NCBI RefSeq assembly: GCF_038025025.1 | Contig: NW_027117341.1 | Span: 2,294,001-2,358,000, forward strand | Reading direction: 5' to 3' | Source: Phyllosticta citribraziliensis | Lineage: Eukaryota | DNA: 64,000 nucleotides | Shown here: one piece after another, positions 48,516 through 62,500 of the stretch | How positions within the stretch are numbered: position 1 is the stretch's first letter | How the letters are laid out: each line of letters begins with the position of its first letter | Translations under genes and position numbers: made by a program | The notes under the pieces: model-generated | Databases searched by the model: none | Told to the model about the DNA's origin: nothing | The model's input: the letters and a program-made list of their open reading frames with translations, nothing else

Positions 48516-51500
48516 CCGTTCTTATTTTTAGTAGTTATAATTAGACATTTCAGGCCTAGCCCTTATAGGAAAATTACTAAACTAATAATATAAGTAGAAA
48601 TAAGAAACGGTTAAAGGAGTGTAGGTTTATAAAGAAAATAGTTTAGTTTTATAGGTAGGGGAGTAAAATATATAAAGATATATATATATATATATCTCCC
48701 TTTAACTCCTTAACCCTACTACGTAGTAGATTCTCTTTTAATATACTACTATTTAGTAGCTATATTAGTCTTTTTAATAAATGCTAAGGTAGCCTTTATA
48801 GTTTCTAAGTTTTTAAATAGGTTTTTTATACTTAGGGAGGGGATATCCTCTCTAAGTAATTTTCCTTATTTACTATACTCCTATATATCTTTATAACTCC
48901 TCTACCCTACTATATAGGAGGATCTCTCTTAATATACTACTATTTAGTAGCTATATTAGTATTTCTAATAAAAGCTAGAGTGGCCTTTATATTTTCTAAA
49001 TTCTTTAAATAGGTTTTTATACTTAGGGAAGGGATATCCTCTCTAAGTAATTTTCTTTATTCTTTATACTCTCTATAAGATAGTAGAAGGTAGAAAGGAG
49101 TTTCTTTAGGACTACTATCTCTATATAGACAATTTATATATGTAAGGTAGGTTTTTAAGTAGCTATATCCTTATTTTTAGCTAATAAAAAGCTAAGGCTA
49201 TAGTTTATAGTATTCCTATAGGTACCTTAAGCTTATAGCTAGGCCTAGTTATATAAGTACTATAGTAGGAGGAGGTATTATTAGATTTAGCTTTTACCTT
49301 ATCTATAATAGCTTATTAGTCCTATATAATAGTATCCTTTATATCTAAGCCTATAAGTACTAGAGCTTTAGAGTAATTCTCTAGCTCTTTATTAGTTACT
49401 TCCTTAGCTAAGGAATTAGCTAATTTATTTCTATATATATCTATATAGTTAGGTACTAATTTAAGTACTATAGAAGTACCTTTAGAATTAGCTAGTTTAG
49501 CTACCTCTAGGGACCTAATTTACTAGGATTAGCCTAGATTATTAAATAGATTAATAATTCTATATATAGTAGCTTAGTTATATATATATTTATAGTATAT
49601 ATATCTATTTTTTATAGTCCTATAAGTATATTTAAGTACCTTAGTAATACCTTCTTACTCCCTATCATATACTAGGTTAGAATCTCCTATATTAAGGGTT
49701 TCTAACCTACTATCTAATAGGTTATTAGATAATACTACTAAGCCCATATCTATACCTTTCCCCATAGTTAGACTAGAGGTATTAGTATAGATATAGGTAG
49801 TATTTAGGCTTTTACTTTAGCTATTAAGGTCTAGGTACTCCTAATAGGCTTCCTCTTTATTAAGAGAACTAATCCTATAAGAGAAGGGTAGGGATTTACC
49901 CTAGGGAGGAAAATAAAAGTATTTAATAAGTTCTAGGTAGTAGCTATCCTCTATATAAATACTATTATATAGATATTCTATCTAGGTAAGTCTCCTAGGT
50001 CTATTCTCTATAGAATTAATTCTATTTAATTCTTTAGGCACTAGATAGGTACTAGGGAGTTCTAAGGTCCTAAATATATACTTTTTAATAGTAGTACCTA
50101 GTCTAAGCTTAGCCTACCTCTATTTCTATAGCTTTAATAGGAATAGCCTTTAAAAAACCCTAGAATCTTTTATAATACTAGATTCTAAATAGCTTTTAGA
50201 GTTTTAAGTAGATAGTCTATTCTCTTAGGCTTATACTATAATTAGTAGCTATAGTCTATAATACTAATCATATGCGTTATATATAACTATCTTATAGTAT
50301 AAGCGCTAAGGCCTAAATTAATAGTAGTAAGCCTATTAAGCTAAAATAGGGTATTCCTTACTTTAGAAGCTAAAATATTAAAATATTATTTATATTTTAG
50401 CTTATTACTAAAGTAGATTCCTAACTAGTAGATAGTCTCTTTAGGCGTAATAATACTACTATCTAGAAGGATAATAATACTATCTTTTACCTTATTCTAG
50501 CTAGTAAAGTATATTAAGTCTATCTTAGATAAGTTAAATTTAATACCCTTTATAGCACCTAGTTTATAGAGCTATTTAGTTTCTCTCTCTAGTATTTTTA
50601 GGTTTTTATTTATACTAGTAGATAACTAGAGAATAATTTAGAGATATAACTTAGAAAGAGTATAGGAGATATAGGACTACCTTTTAGAATACTAGTCTCT
50701 ATATACTTAAACTCTTCTATTTATTTATTAAATGATACTCTTAAAAGTCTATTATTTAAGAAACTAGATACCTAGCTAATAAGTAATAGTAGGAGTCCTT
50801 TTTTCTTTAATAATAGTAGGAGATTATTTTTAACTATATAGTTAAAAGCACCTCTATATCTAAAAATAGTATTAAGGTAAGTCTATTAGATAGCTTATTC
50901 TCTTCTACTATATTAGATAGTATAAGAGTAGTATCTATAGCTAATTTCTTAACTCTCCTACCTATTTAACTAGGGTATAGTAAATAGGTAGTTTTAGCTA
51001 GATAGCCTAATCTCTTAGCTATAATTCTTAATTTATTTTTCTAAGGTAATTTAGTAAAGATATAACTATATAAGACTTAGGATAAGTATAGTCTAGTTTA
51101 TTAGATTTCTTTAAAATTATACCTATAGCTTATCTCTATAATTTAGGGTAATAGCTATTCTTAAATAGTAGACTAAATACTCTAAAAAACATTTTAGAAT
51201 AGGTCCTATAGGCAGCTATAAATAGATCTTAATTTATAGTATTAGGACTAGGCATTTTCTCTTTAATTTAAGTAGAGTAAGCTAGCTTTAGTTTCTTAGA
51301 GTCTAATTTAGGCTATTTATATCTATTATTAGAGATATAACTATCCTATATAATAGGAGGAGTATTAGGGGGCTTAGAAAATAAGGCCTCTCTAAAAGTA
51401 GAGTATTTTTTATTAAAGAAATTAGCTAATTCCCCTAATATAGACTTTATATATAGTATAAACTCTACTCTACTATCCTTAGTATACTATATTATATTAA

Positions 51501-51540
51501 ATACTAACTTAGAGTCTATACTTAGTAGGAACTACTACTA
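48352..51540 (-). mobile_element. RIPped Tad1-like LINE (RT + RNase H), 5'-truncated
   Basis: The minus strand gives GSPISPILFL (~50660-50690, RT QGSP motif) and VPNYIDIYRNKLANSLAK (~49400-49460, de-RIPped WVPGH..I.GNE.AD.LAK). 3' tail of (TAAA)n. Confidence 0.85.
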
Positions 51541-51850
51541 ATATTTAAGGTAACTATCTACTACTTATATTATATCTTAAGCTTCTTAGAAGAGTAGCTA
51601 ATAATATATTTAGCGTATAGTCTATTAGCTAAGACTATATAGACGGCTAATAGCACGAGGAGGAATTAGTTTATAGCGCGTAATAGCTACTTACTCCGCC
51701 TACTCCTTACTAGATAGTAGTATAAAGTATTAAAAATAGGCTCTATAATACTATTATAAATAGAAAGATATATAAATAGTAAGGAAATATAGTAGAGAAA
51801 TATAGTAAAGGTATGTATATAGTAAAGGTATATATATAGTAAAGATATAT

Positions 51851-53005
51851 ATTTATTTATTTAGTTAGTTAGTTATTTATTTATTTAGTTTAATATTACC
51901 CTTAAGTCTAAGAATATAAGAGATAAGGATATCTATCCTAATAGTACCTTAAATAGCTAATATATTATATAGTCTAGTAGATTAAAACCTTATTTAATCT
52001 ATATATATATAGCTTATTCTTTCTAAAGGGAGTTTTTAATAATTATAGGTAGATATTTTAGGCCTAGCCCTTATAGAAAAATTACTAAATTAGTAATATA
52101 AGTAGGAATAAGTAAGTACTAAAGGAGTATAAAGTTATAAAAATAGTATAGGCTTATAGATAGGGGAGTAAGATATATATATATATATATATATACCTCC
52201 TTACCTCTATATTTTAGAGGGTCCTCTCTCTTTATAATACTTTTTAGTAGCTATATTAGTACATTTTATAAAGGCTATACTAGCTTTTATATTTTCTAAA
52301 ATTTTAAATAGTTTTTAAAACTTAGATAGAAAATATCCTTTCTAAGTAATTTTCTCTATTCTCTATACTCCCTATAAGATAGTAGGATATATAGAGGGGT
52401 TTCTTTAGAACTACTATATCTATATATACTAGTAGAAGACCTATTAATATATAATAGATAGGATTTAAAGTAGCTATATCCTATTTTTAGCTAGTAAAAA
52501 GTAGATGCTATAGGTCTTAGTATTCCTATAGAGACCTTAAGCTTATAGCTAGGCTTAGCTATAAAATTACTATAGTAGAAAGACTTATTAGTAGATTTTA
52601 CTATAGCCTTATCTATAATAGCTTACTATTCCTTACTAGTAGTATCTTTTATATATAAGCCTATAAGTACTAGGGCTTTAGAGTAATTTTCTTACCCTTT
52701 ATTAGTAACCTTCTTAGCTAAGAAATTATCTAAATTATATATATATATATATAGCTTAGAATATATTCTAGTACTATAGAAGTACCTTTAAAAGACTATT
52801 ATCCTAATTTACTAGGACTAGCCTAGACTACTAGAAGGATTATTTATCCTATATATAGCAGTTTAGTTATCTATCTATATAGTATATATATCTATTTTAT
52901 ATAATTCTACTAGTATATTTAGATCCCTTAGTAATACCTTCTTATTCCCTATATAATACTAGACTAGAATACTCTATATTTAGAGATTTAGACCTACTAT
53001 TTAAT
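51851..53005 (-). mobile_element. RIPped LINE 3' portion (RNase H to tail)
   Basis: Colinear with 48352-49720, with the same TTTATTTATTTAGTTTAA tail. Confidence 0.8.
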
Positions 53006-53968
53006 CGGTTTATTTACTTATTTAGTTTAATATCCCTCTAGAGTTAAAGAATATAAGAGATGAGGGTTTCTAAGGCCCTAAGTATCTATTAGCTATAGAA
53101 ACTATAGGTCTTCTAGCTTCTTTAAAAAGTAAGAAAGAGACCTATACCTTAATAGTAGTTCCTTCCTAGTAGAAAATTAAATAGTTATAATAGGATATTT
53201 TAGACCTAGCCCTTCCTTATAGGTATAATAAAGAGAGACTATAGTTAGTAATACCTTAAAAAATAAAGAAAAGGTAGTAAAGAATAGTCTAGAAGGGTCT
53301 TCTATAGGTCTCTTTAAACTACTAGTATACTATTTAGTATATCGAGTATATAAAGAACTAGAAGGAGGCTAGGAGAGTTTTATAAATTAAAAGAAATAGT
53401 TAAAAGAGTAGTAGATATTTTCTTTTAAGGAAAGGAGTAGAAAAATAAGGGGTTTTTAAATGAAATATTTTTTAAAGGGGTTTATAAGAGGGCTAATAGT
53501 AAGAGTAAAGTATATCTACCCTTAAATATAGACTAGCTATAAATAGACTATTTTTAATAGCCTTTTTAGCCATAGATTTAGTAGAAAAACTAAGTAAAAT
53601 AGAAGAAAACTTCTTTTTTCCTATTCTTTAGGGGGTATAAGATAATAGGAGGTATCTATAGGTACTAGGCTATTATTATATTTATAAATCTTCTTAAAAA
53701 GAGTAGCCCCTAGGTTAGGTAGAGAGGAGAGGTTTCCTTAGTAGATATTCTATAAATAGCTACTTTAAACTAGTATTTAGATTTAGTAGTAGCTATAAAT
53801 AGAATAAGAGTAGACTACCTAGCCTAGTAATCTAGTAGAAAGGTACTAGTATACTATAGTATAGTAGTAAGTACTATATTTCCCTTTAGAGAAATAGTAT
53901 ATAAGGTAAGGGGTAGGTTCTTTTCTTCTTAAAAAAAGAGAATTAAAATAATCCCTTAGTCTACTAAG

Positions 53969-54557
53969 TGTTAAGGGCTAGCTAGAAACCTATAATTATA
54001 TTAAATACTACTTAGTATTAAGTACTAGGCGTACCTATACTATAACTACTACCTATAACTATAAGCTATATATACTAAAGTTACCTAACTCTTAAAGAGC
54101 TACTTAGCTACTTAGGCTATCTAACCCTATCACCTATATATATAATACTAATATAATAATAGAGATAAGAATAATACCTCCTATATATATAATAGGGACT
54201 TAACTAAGTAGTTAGTTTTAAGAAGTATATTACTACTATTAAGCTAGTAATCTACTATATAATATAGGATTAAGATAGAGTCTTATTCTCTTATAGTACC
54301 TACCTTTCTTCTTTTATAATTCCTAAGGTAATTTAGGTAATAGAATATAAAAAGATCTTATTATATAGATACTATAGATAGCTATCTTTATTTTCTTATA
54401 ATTAATACTTCTAGGTAGACTTACTACTAATTTAACTTCTACCTTATTAATATACTCTTCTTACTTAGCTTTATCTCCTATACTTATATACTCTAGTACT
54501 AGGTAAATAGTTACTTAGAACTAGCCTACTAATTAGGTAACCTATTAGCTTATAATA
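53969..54557 (+). mobile_element. Solo LTR (~590 bp) with 5-bp TSD CTAAG
   Basis: TGTTA start, TAATA end (RIPped TAACA), and CTAAG on both flanks. Confidence 0.85.
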
Positions 54558-54719
54558 CTAAGAGAGAAATTATAAGATAGTAGAATATTTAATAGATTAT
54601 TAGTTAATTTTACTAAGCCTATATCTATATCTTTACTCTTAGGTAAACTAGAAGTATTAGTCTATATATAGATAGTAGTAGGACTTTTTCTTTAAACTAG
54701 TCCTATAAGAGAATAGTAG

Positions 54720-54900
54720 TAATTATATAAAATATATCTTCTTAACTATAACTAAGTAAAATATACCTTCTTAATTTTAAATAAAATATATCTTCTTAAC
54801 TATAACTAAGTAAAATATACCTTCTTAATTATAAATAAATATACCTTCTTAATTATAAGTAACTAAAATATACCTTCTTACCTATAACTAATTAAATTAT
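54720..54900. repeat. ~29-bp tandem repeat (AAATATACCTTCTTAATTATAACTAAGTA); inverted copy of the array at ~62520-62720
   Basis: Directly visible at both sites. Confidence 0.8.
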
Positions 54901-54914
54901 ATTAGAGAGGATAT

Positions 54915-55504
54915 TATTATAAGCTAATAGATTACCTAATTAGTAGACTAGTTCTAAGTAACTATTTACCTAGTACTAGAGTATATAAGTATAGGAGATA
55001 TAGCTAAGTAAAGAGGGCATATAAATAAGGTAGAAGTTAAATTAGTATTAAGTCTACTTAGAAGTATTAATTATAAGAAAATAAAAATAGCTATCTATAG
55101 TATCTATATAATAAGATCCTTTTATATTCTCTTATCTAACTTACCTTAGAAAATATAAAAGAAGAAAGGTAGGTACTATAAGAGAATAAGATCTTATCTT
55201 AGCTATATATTATATAGTAGATTACTAGCTTAATAGTAGTAATATACTTCTTAAAACTAACTATATAGTTAAGTCCCTATTATAGGTATAGGAGGTACTA
55301 TTCTTATCTCTATTATTATATTAGTATTCTATATATAGGTACTAGGGTTAATTTATCTAAGTAGCTATATAGCTCTTCTAGGAGTTAGGTAACTTTAGTA
55401 TATATAGCTTATTATTATAGCTAGTAGTTATAGTATAGGTATACCTAGTACTTAAAACTAAGTAGTATTTAATATAATTATAGGTTTCTAGCTAGCCTAT
55501 AATA
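54915..55504 (-). mobile_element. Solo LTR of the same family, inverted, with 5-bp TSD GATAT
   Basis: Reverse complement of 53969-54557; GATAT on both flanks. Confidence 0.85.
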
Positions 55505-55859
55505 GATATCTCCTCCCTTAGTATTAAAATTATAGTTAAAGACTTAGAAACTATAAAGAATATACTAGCCTTTATTAGACTTTAATTCCTACTACCCCTA
55601 TTAGAACCTCTATAACCTAGAATTATTAAATTCTACTAGGTTAGTAGAATAGATTAAGTCTAAGAATTTATCTCTAGTAAATAGAATAGGTAAAGGTATA
55701 CTCTATAGGCCTAATCTAGCTAGAGGGTTAATTATAGAATTAGTATTTACTACTTTAGATATTCTAGAGAAAATATATAATCTAACTATTATAGTATATT
55801 ATTTACTATCTATAATTCTAACTCTTTACTAGTAAAGAACCCTACCTATATTTAGAGAT

Positions 55860-56590
55860 ATAATCTTAAAAAGATAGATTAGGGTAAATTTAGCTCTTAA
55901 TTAATATAGTTATTAGAAAAGTATAGTACTATTCTAAATTCTAATAATTTATAATACCTAGAAAAAGAAGCTAAGTTACTAGATATACTAGATTAAGATA
56001 GAGATACTACTACCTACTAAGGTTAGACTAAGTACTACTATTAAAAAGTATATATTTAGGACCTTAAAACTCTCTAGTACCTATCTAAGTCTCTAGAGAA
56101 TTAAGTTAATTTAATTCTATAGAGAATAGACCTAGGAGACTAACCTAGATAGATTATATATAAAAAAGTATTTATATAGAGGATAGGTACCACCTAGAAC
56201 CTATTAAATATATTTCTTTTCCTATCTAGGCTAAATACCTACCTTTCTCTTATAGAATTAGCTCTCTTAATAAAAAAGAAGCCTATTAGGAGTATCTAGA
56301 CCTTAATAACTAGAGAAAGAGCCTAAATACTACTTATATCTATACTAATACTTCTAGTCTTATAATAGGATAAGATATAGGTATAGGCTTAGTACTACTA
56401 CTAAATAACCTTATTATTAGTAGATATAAGTCCCTAAATATTGTATATTCTAACCTAGTATATAATAGAGAATTAGAAGGTATTACTAAGGTATTTAATT
56501 ATACTAGTAGAGAAGCTAAAAATAGATATATTAACTCTATATATAGATAACTAGGCTACTTTATCTAGGATAATTAATTCTTCTAATACT
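55860..56590 (+). mobile_element. RIPped LINE fragment (pre-RNase H / RNase H N-terminal part)
   Basis: Reverse-complement match to ~49540-50300. Confidence 0.7.
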
Positions 56591-57809
56591 CCTATATAGT
56601 TTAGTAGTAATAATAATAGCTAATAAAAGTATAGGAGAACTTAGCATCTTTAGTAGTAATAGAAGGTCTTATATTATTAGTATTTTTAATAGTAGATTAG
56701 CTAGTTATATACCCCCTTTTATAGCTACTTATAGAGAGACACTACTTATATAAATAAAGTTATTTATATATAGTTAAACTATTATCTAATAACTACTTAA
56801 TTAATTATTTATTTATACCTATTATTTATTTTTAAGTTTTATACTACTTAAATAGTAAGATAAAGGCTATATAGTAGCTTATCTTAGTTAGTTTAGTAGT
56901 TATTCTAGTCCTATCCTATTAAGCCTACTTATTTACTACTAGTTACTATCTCTTATACCTCTTCTAGTACTAGTATTTTAGCTAGCTAAGTAAGTATATT
57001 AGTAAGTAGCTAGTTCTATCTATACTAGAATAGGTATTATACTTATAGCTAAATACCTATACTAGTAATAAGTATATAGTTATATAACTATACTATCTTA
57101 GCTACCTATATAAGCTATAGTTCCTAGCTAAGGTATACTAAGTATTATAATAGATAGTATACTAGTATATATATCTATATAAGTATAGGTAAACCTAGTA
57201 CTATATAATTATATAAGATAGTAGCCTTAGGCTGCCCCTAGCTACTATAGCCTAAGGCTAATACCTAATAATAACTAACCTATTAATATCTACCTTATTA
57301 TAAACCCTAAGACTAACTATTAACCCTTATATAAAGGATAAGAGGTAGAAAGGTATAAATAAAAAGCTAGAAAATAGATAGAAAGTAGGTATATTTTATA
57401 TTTTATTCTTTTAACTTACTATTTTTAATTAAAATATATAAATATTATTAATTAGTCTATCCTTAGTACTACCCTATAACTAAGAAAATTCTAAAACTAG
57501 GACTATAGAGATAGGACCCCTTAACCTAATATATTCTTCTCTAAATTCCTAATTTAATATTATATTTCTTCTTTTATTCCTTTTTTCTTTCTTTCTAGTA
57601 TCTCTTTAACTTTTTATTAATTATATAATTATTTATTTAGTCCTTACTTATTTAGTTTTCTCTAAAAAGTATAAAGAAGGGATTTTATAAAGAGATAGTT
57701 TCTCTCCTTCTAGATAGCTATCTTTAATATTCTATTTAATTAAGCCCTCTTATATAGACTAACTTCTTATACCTTTATCTACTAATAAGTAATTACTAGT
57801 AGTACTATA

Positions 57810-58787
57810 ATAGGTACTAAGCTATATAGATATATATAGAAATAAATTAACTAACTCCTTAGCTAAGGAAGTAAATAATAAGGAGTTAAAAAATTACCCT
57901 AAAGCTCTAGTACTTATAGGCTTATATATAAAGGATACTATTATATAGGACTAGTAAGCTATTATAGATAAGGTATAAGCTAAATCTAATAATACCTCCT
58001 ACTACTATAGTATTTATATAACTAAGCCTAGCTATAAGCTAAGAATATCTATAGGAATACTAAGAACTATAGCCTTAGCTTTTTACTAGCTAAAAATAGG
58101 ATATAGCTACTTTAAATCCTACTTATTACTTATAAAATAGTCTCCTACTAGTATATATAGATTTTATAATTTTAAAGAAACCCTATTATACCTCCTACTA
58201 TCTTATAGGTACTATAAAGACTAATAGAAATTACTAAGAAAGGATACTCCCTCCCTAAGAATTAAAAACCTATTTAAAAATTTAGAAAATATAAGGGCCA
58301 CCCTAGCTTAATTAAAAATACTAATATAGCTACTAAATAGAGGTATATTAAAAGAGAACCCCCTATATAGTAGGGTAAAGGAGTTATAAATATATATATA
58401 TATATATATCTTTATATATCTTTATATATCTTTATATATCTTTATATATCTTTATATATCTTTATATATCTTACTCCCCTATATATAAAATATTACCTTT
58501 TCCTTTATAAATTAAAATTATTTTAGTTTTTACTTATTTCTATATAAATTACTATTTTTATAAATTTTATATAAGGGCTTAGCCTAAAATATCTAATTAT
58601 AATTATTAAAACTCTACTAAGAAGGAGTAGCTATATATATATACCTAATATAGTTTTAATCTAATAGGCTATATATTATAGAAGTAACCTAGATAGCCTA
58701 GGATATCTATCCTTATCTCTTATAGTCTTTAACTTAAAAGGGATATTAAACTAAATAAATAAATAAAACTACCTAAGAAGGAAAAGC

Positions 58788-58818
<31 letters not shown>

Positions 58819-59500
58819 AATATAGTTTTAGCCTACTAGGATATTTAATCTATAGGTAATATTAATCCTATTAAGATAGCTATTCTAGTTACTTATAGCC
58901 TAAGACTTAAGAGGGATATTAAACTAAATAAATAAAGAGATATAGGTATAGAAGTCTTAAAGAAACCCCCTTATACTATCTACTATTCTATAAGGAGTAT
59001 AAGGACTAATAAAACTTATTAAGAGAGTATATCCCCTCTCTAAGTATAAAAATATTATTTAAAAAATTTAGAAACTATAAAGGCTATACTAGTATTTATT
59101 AAAAATACTAATATAGCTACTAAATAGTAGTTTATTAAAAGAGAACCTACTATATAGTAGGGTTAAGGAGTTATAAAGATATATATATATATATCTTTAT
59201 ATATCTTATTCCTATACCTATAAACCCTTACTATTTCCTTTATAACTTTATACTTACTTAGTCTTTACTTATTTATACTAATATTACTAATTTAATAATT
59301 TTCTTATAAGGGCTTATCCTAAAAAGGTCTAATTATAACTACTAAAAACTACCTAAGAAGGAAAAGCTATATATATACCTAATATAGTTTTAACCTATTA
59401 GGCTATATACTATATTAGCTATTTAGGTACTATTAGGGTAGCTATCCTTATCTCTTATAGTCTTAGACTAAAGAGAGATATTAAACTAAATAAATAAATA
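57810..59500 (+). mobile_element. Stacked RIPped LINE 3' fragments (three tails at ~58765, ~58935, ~59500)
   Basis: RNase H end at 57820-57870 and repeated TTAAACTAAATAAATAAA tails. Confidence 0.75.
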
Positions 59501-62500
59501 TATATACCTTTACTATATATACCTTTACTATATATATCTTTACTATATATACCTTTACTATATATACCTTTACTATATATACCTTTACTATATATACCTT
59601 TACTATATATACCTTTACTATATTTCTTTAATATTTATATACCTTTACTATATATATTTACTATATATATATCCCCTACTACTTATTATATACTTATAGA
59701 GGGAGTAAAACTATATTAAAAGGTATTAAGTAAGTAGCTACCCTATTAATATTTAATTAGGAATAAAGAGGAGCTTAAAAAGTCTTACTCTTCTTAGAAA
59801 GAAGTCTAGATACCTTATCTAGGCTATAACTACCCTTTACTATCTATAATATACTTATAGAAGAAGTAGAACTATATTAAAGAGTACCTAGTAAGTAGCT
59901 ACTTTAGTAGTATTTAGCTATAAACTCTTTACTATCTCTTTCTTAATAGAAATTTAGAAAGGAGGGTATATAAGAGGTCTAGGTTATAGCTACTCTCTAA
60001 TATTTATTATATATTTATAGAGAAAGCTAAATTATATTAAAGGGTACTTAATAAGATACTATCCTAATAGTATTTAGCTAGATTTTTAAATTCTTTCCCT
60101 ATACTAAATTTACTAATATTTTATAAAAAGCCTAGACTATTTTCTTCTATTTTATCTATACTTCTATTACTTAAGTTTATATTAACTAGATAAAATTATA
60201 TTTATCTAGATTTAATAGATTTTTTAAAATCTAAAATTCTTATCTTATTTTTATTATAGTAGGGTAACTAGAGGGCTAGTAGAGAGGTATTATAATATCT
60301 AATAGAGTAAATTAATATAGACTACTAATAATTAATAGGTAAGGAGTAAGAGTAGTTATTATATAGCCTAAATAGAATAACTATCTACTCCTAGGCTAAC
60401 TAAATAAGGCTAGTATATATATAAGTAGTAAATACTATAAAATATAAAATATAAATAGTATAGTATAGTAGTATATATATAATACTATCTATCCCTCCTT
60501 AATAAGTAATATCCTTATTACTTAGTTATTTATCTATCTAGTTAGTAGTTATAGGCCTAGGTACTACTTATAATATATTAGGATAAAATTATATATAGTA
60601 TTAAACTTACTATTATCTATATTATAAAATACTAGGTCTAGAGGATAGATAATATAGTTTATCTTAAATAAGAGCCTCCTATTAGCTAATATTTAGTAGC
60701 TTATAACCTCCTCTACTACCTAATTAGTATCCTTATTCTTATTATTATTATCTTATAGGGCTAGTCTAGTAGCTAGTTATTAGCTAGGTAATAGATTATT
60801 ACTAGTAATAATAAGGTATAAGATATTAAATTTATTATAGGTATATAAACTAGTAGGTAGTTATAATATAGCCTAGTTACTATAGATATTAGTAACTTAA
60901 TATAGTCTATTATTATAAAATTAAAGTATAGTAGGATAGCTATAGAGTATGTATATATAATCTATATAGATATATATATATATTTATCTAGTTTAATAAG
61001 GTAATAATAATACTAGTAGTTAGCTTAGATAGCTATTTATTATTATATAACTATAAGACTATACTTAGTTTTATTCTATACCTATTATATAGTATAGGTA
61101 ATAGCTTAGGTAGTTTATAGTTATAGAAAATAGATATCTAAAATTAGTCTATATATACTATAAGTAGCTACTTTAGTATTAAAATTAGATTATAGCTTAT
61201 AGATATAATAAATATAAAAAGGGGAGTAGTTATAGAGGCTCTTATATAGTATACTATTAGTTATAAACTAGATAATAGATAGTAGTAGCTACTAGTTATC
61301 TTAATAGAATCTAATAAATTATCTTAAGTAGTTCTTAAAGTCCTAATTAGCTTATTTAGTCTAGCTATTAGTTTATAGATAGCTTTAGGCTAATAATAAT
61401 AATATAAGTAAGGCCTTCCTATAAGTAAGAGATAAACTAGTTACTATAGTCTAAGATAGTAGAGAGAGGGAAGCTATAGATAGTAAAGATATAGTCTATA
61501 AGTATATAAGCTATAGCTTTAGTATTTATCCTATTATTTATAGTATCTATAGTAATAAAGTTATATACCTTACTAAAATAGTTATATATAACTAAGATAG
61601 TATCTATATTCTTACTATAAGATAGTAGGCTAATAAAGTCTATAGTAATATACTACTATAGCTATAATAAGATTAGTATAGTTTAGAGAGTAGCTAATAG
61701 CTTAGTACTACTAGTAGACTAGCTACTCTTAGCTATTATATAGGTTTCTAACTACGTTATATAATAAGATAATAAGTCTCTATTATAACTAGAGCTATAT
61801 TAGCTTATAATTTTTACTTACTAGTCTTAACTAAGACTATAACTATAAATAATAATAATACCTAGAGCTTCTAGTATATCTAAAGACGTAGTATTTTATC
61901 CTAATACTAAATAGGGCGTAATTAAAGTAAGAAAACTTATTAGTAAGAGATAGATAATAAGTCTTATCCTCTTATAAGTTATATAAGATCTATTAATAGT
62001 ATTACGGCGTCTAGTAGAGTAAATTAATATAGACTACTAATAATTAATAGGTAAGAAGTAAGAGTAGGTATTATATAGCCTATATAGAATAACTATTTAC
62101 TTCTAGGCTAACTATAAATAGCTAGTATATATATAAGTAGTAAATACTAAGTGCTAAATACTATAAAATATAACTATATATACTATATGGTGCTTAATAC
62201 TTTCTAATTAGTATTCTCTATACTTTTAATTAGATACTTTAGGTAAAGGCCCTAAATTAAAACTACTATATTAGGAATATAGATAGGGATAAGTAAGATA
62301 AATAAGTATAAAGTTATAAAGAGAAAAGTTAAGTTTTATAGATAGAGAAGTAAGATATATATATATATATATTTTCTTATAACTACTATTTAATAGGTCC
62401 TTTTTTAATATACTACTAGTTAGTAGCTATATTAGTAGCTTTATTAAAGACTAGTATATATTTTATAGTTTTTAAGTCTTTAAATATAACTTTAATAATA

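Noticed and set aside
53969..55504. Foldback / long-TIR DNA transposon
   Set aside because: Each arm has LTR-type termini and its own TSD.
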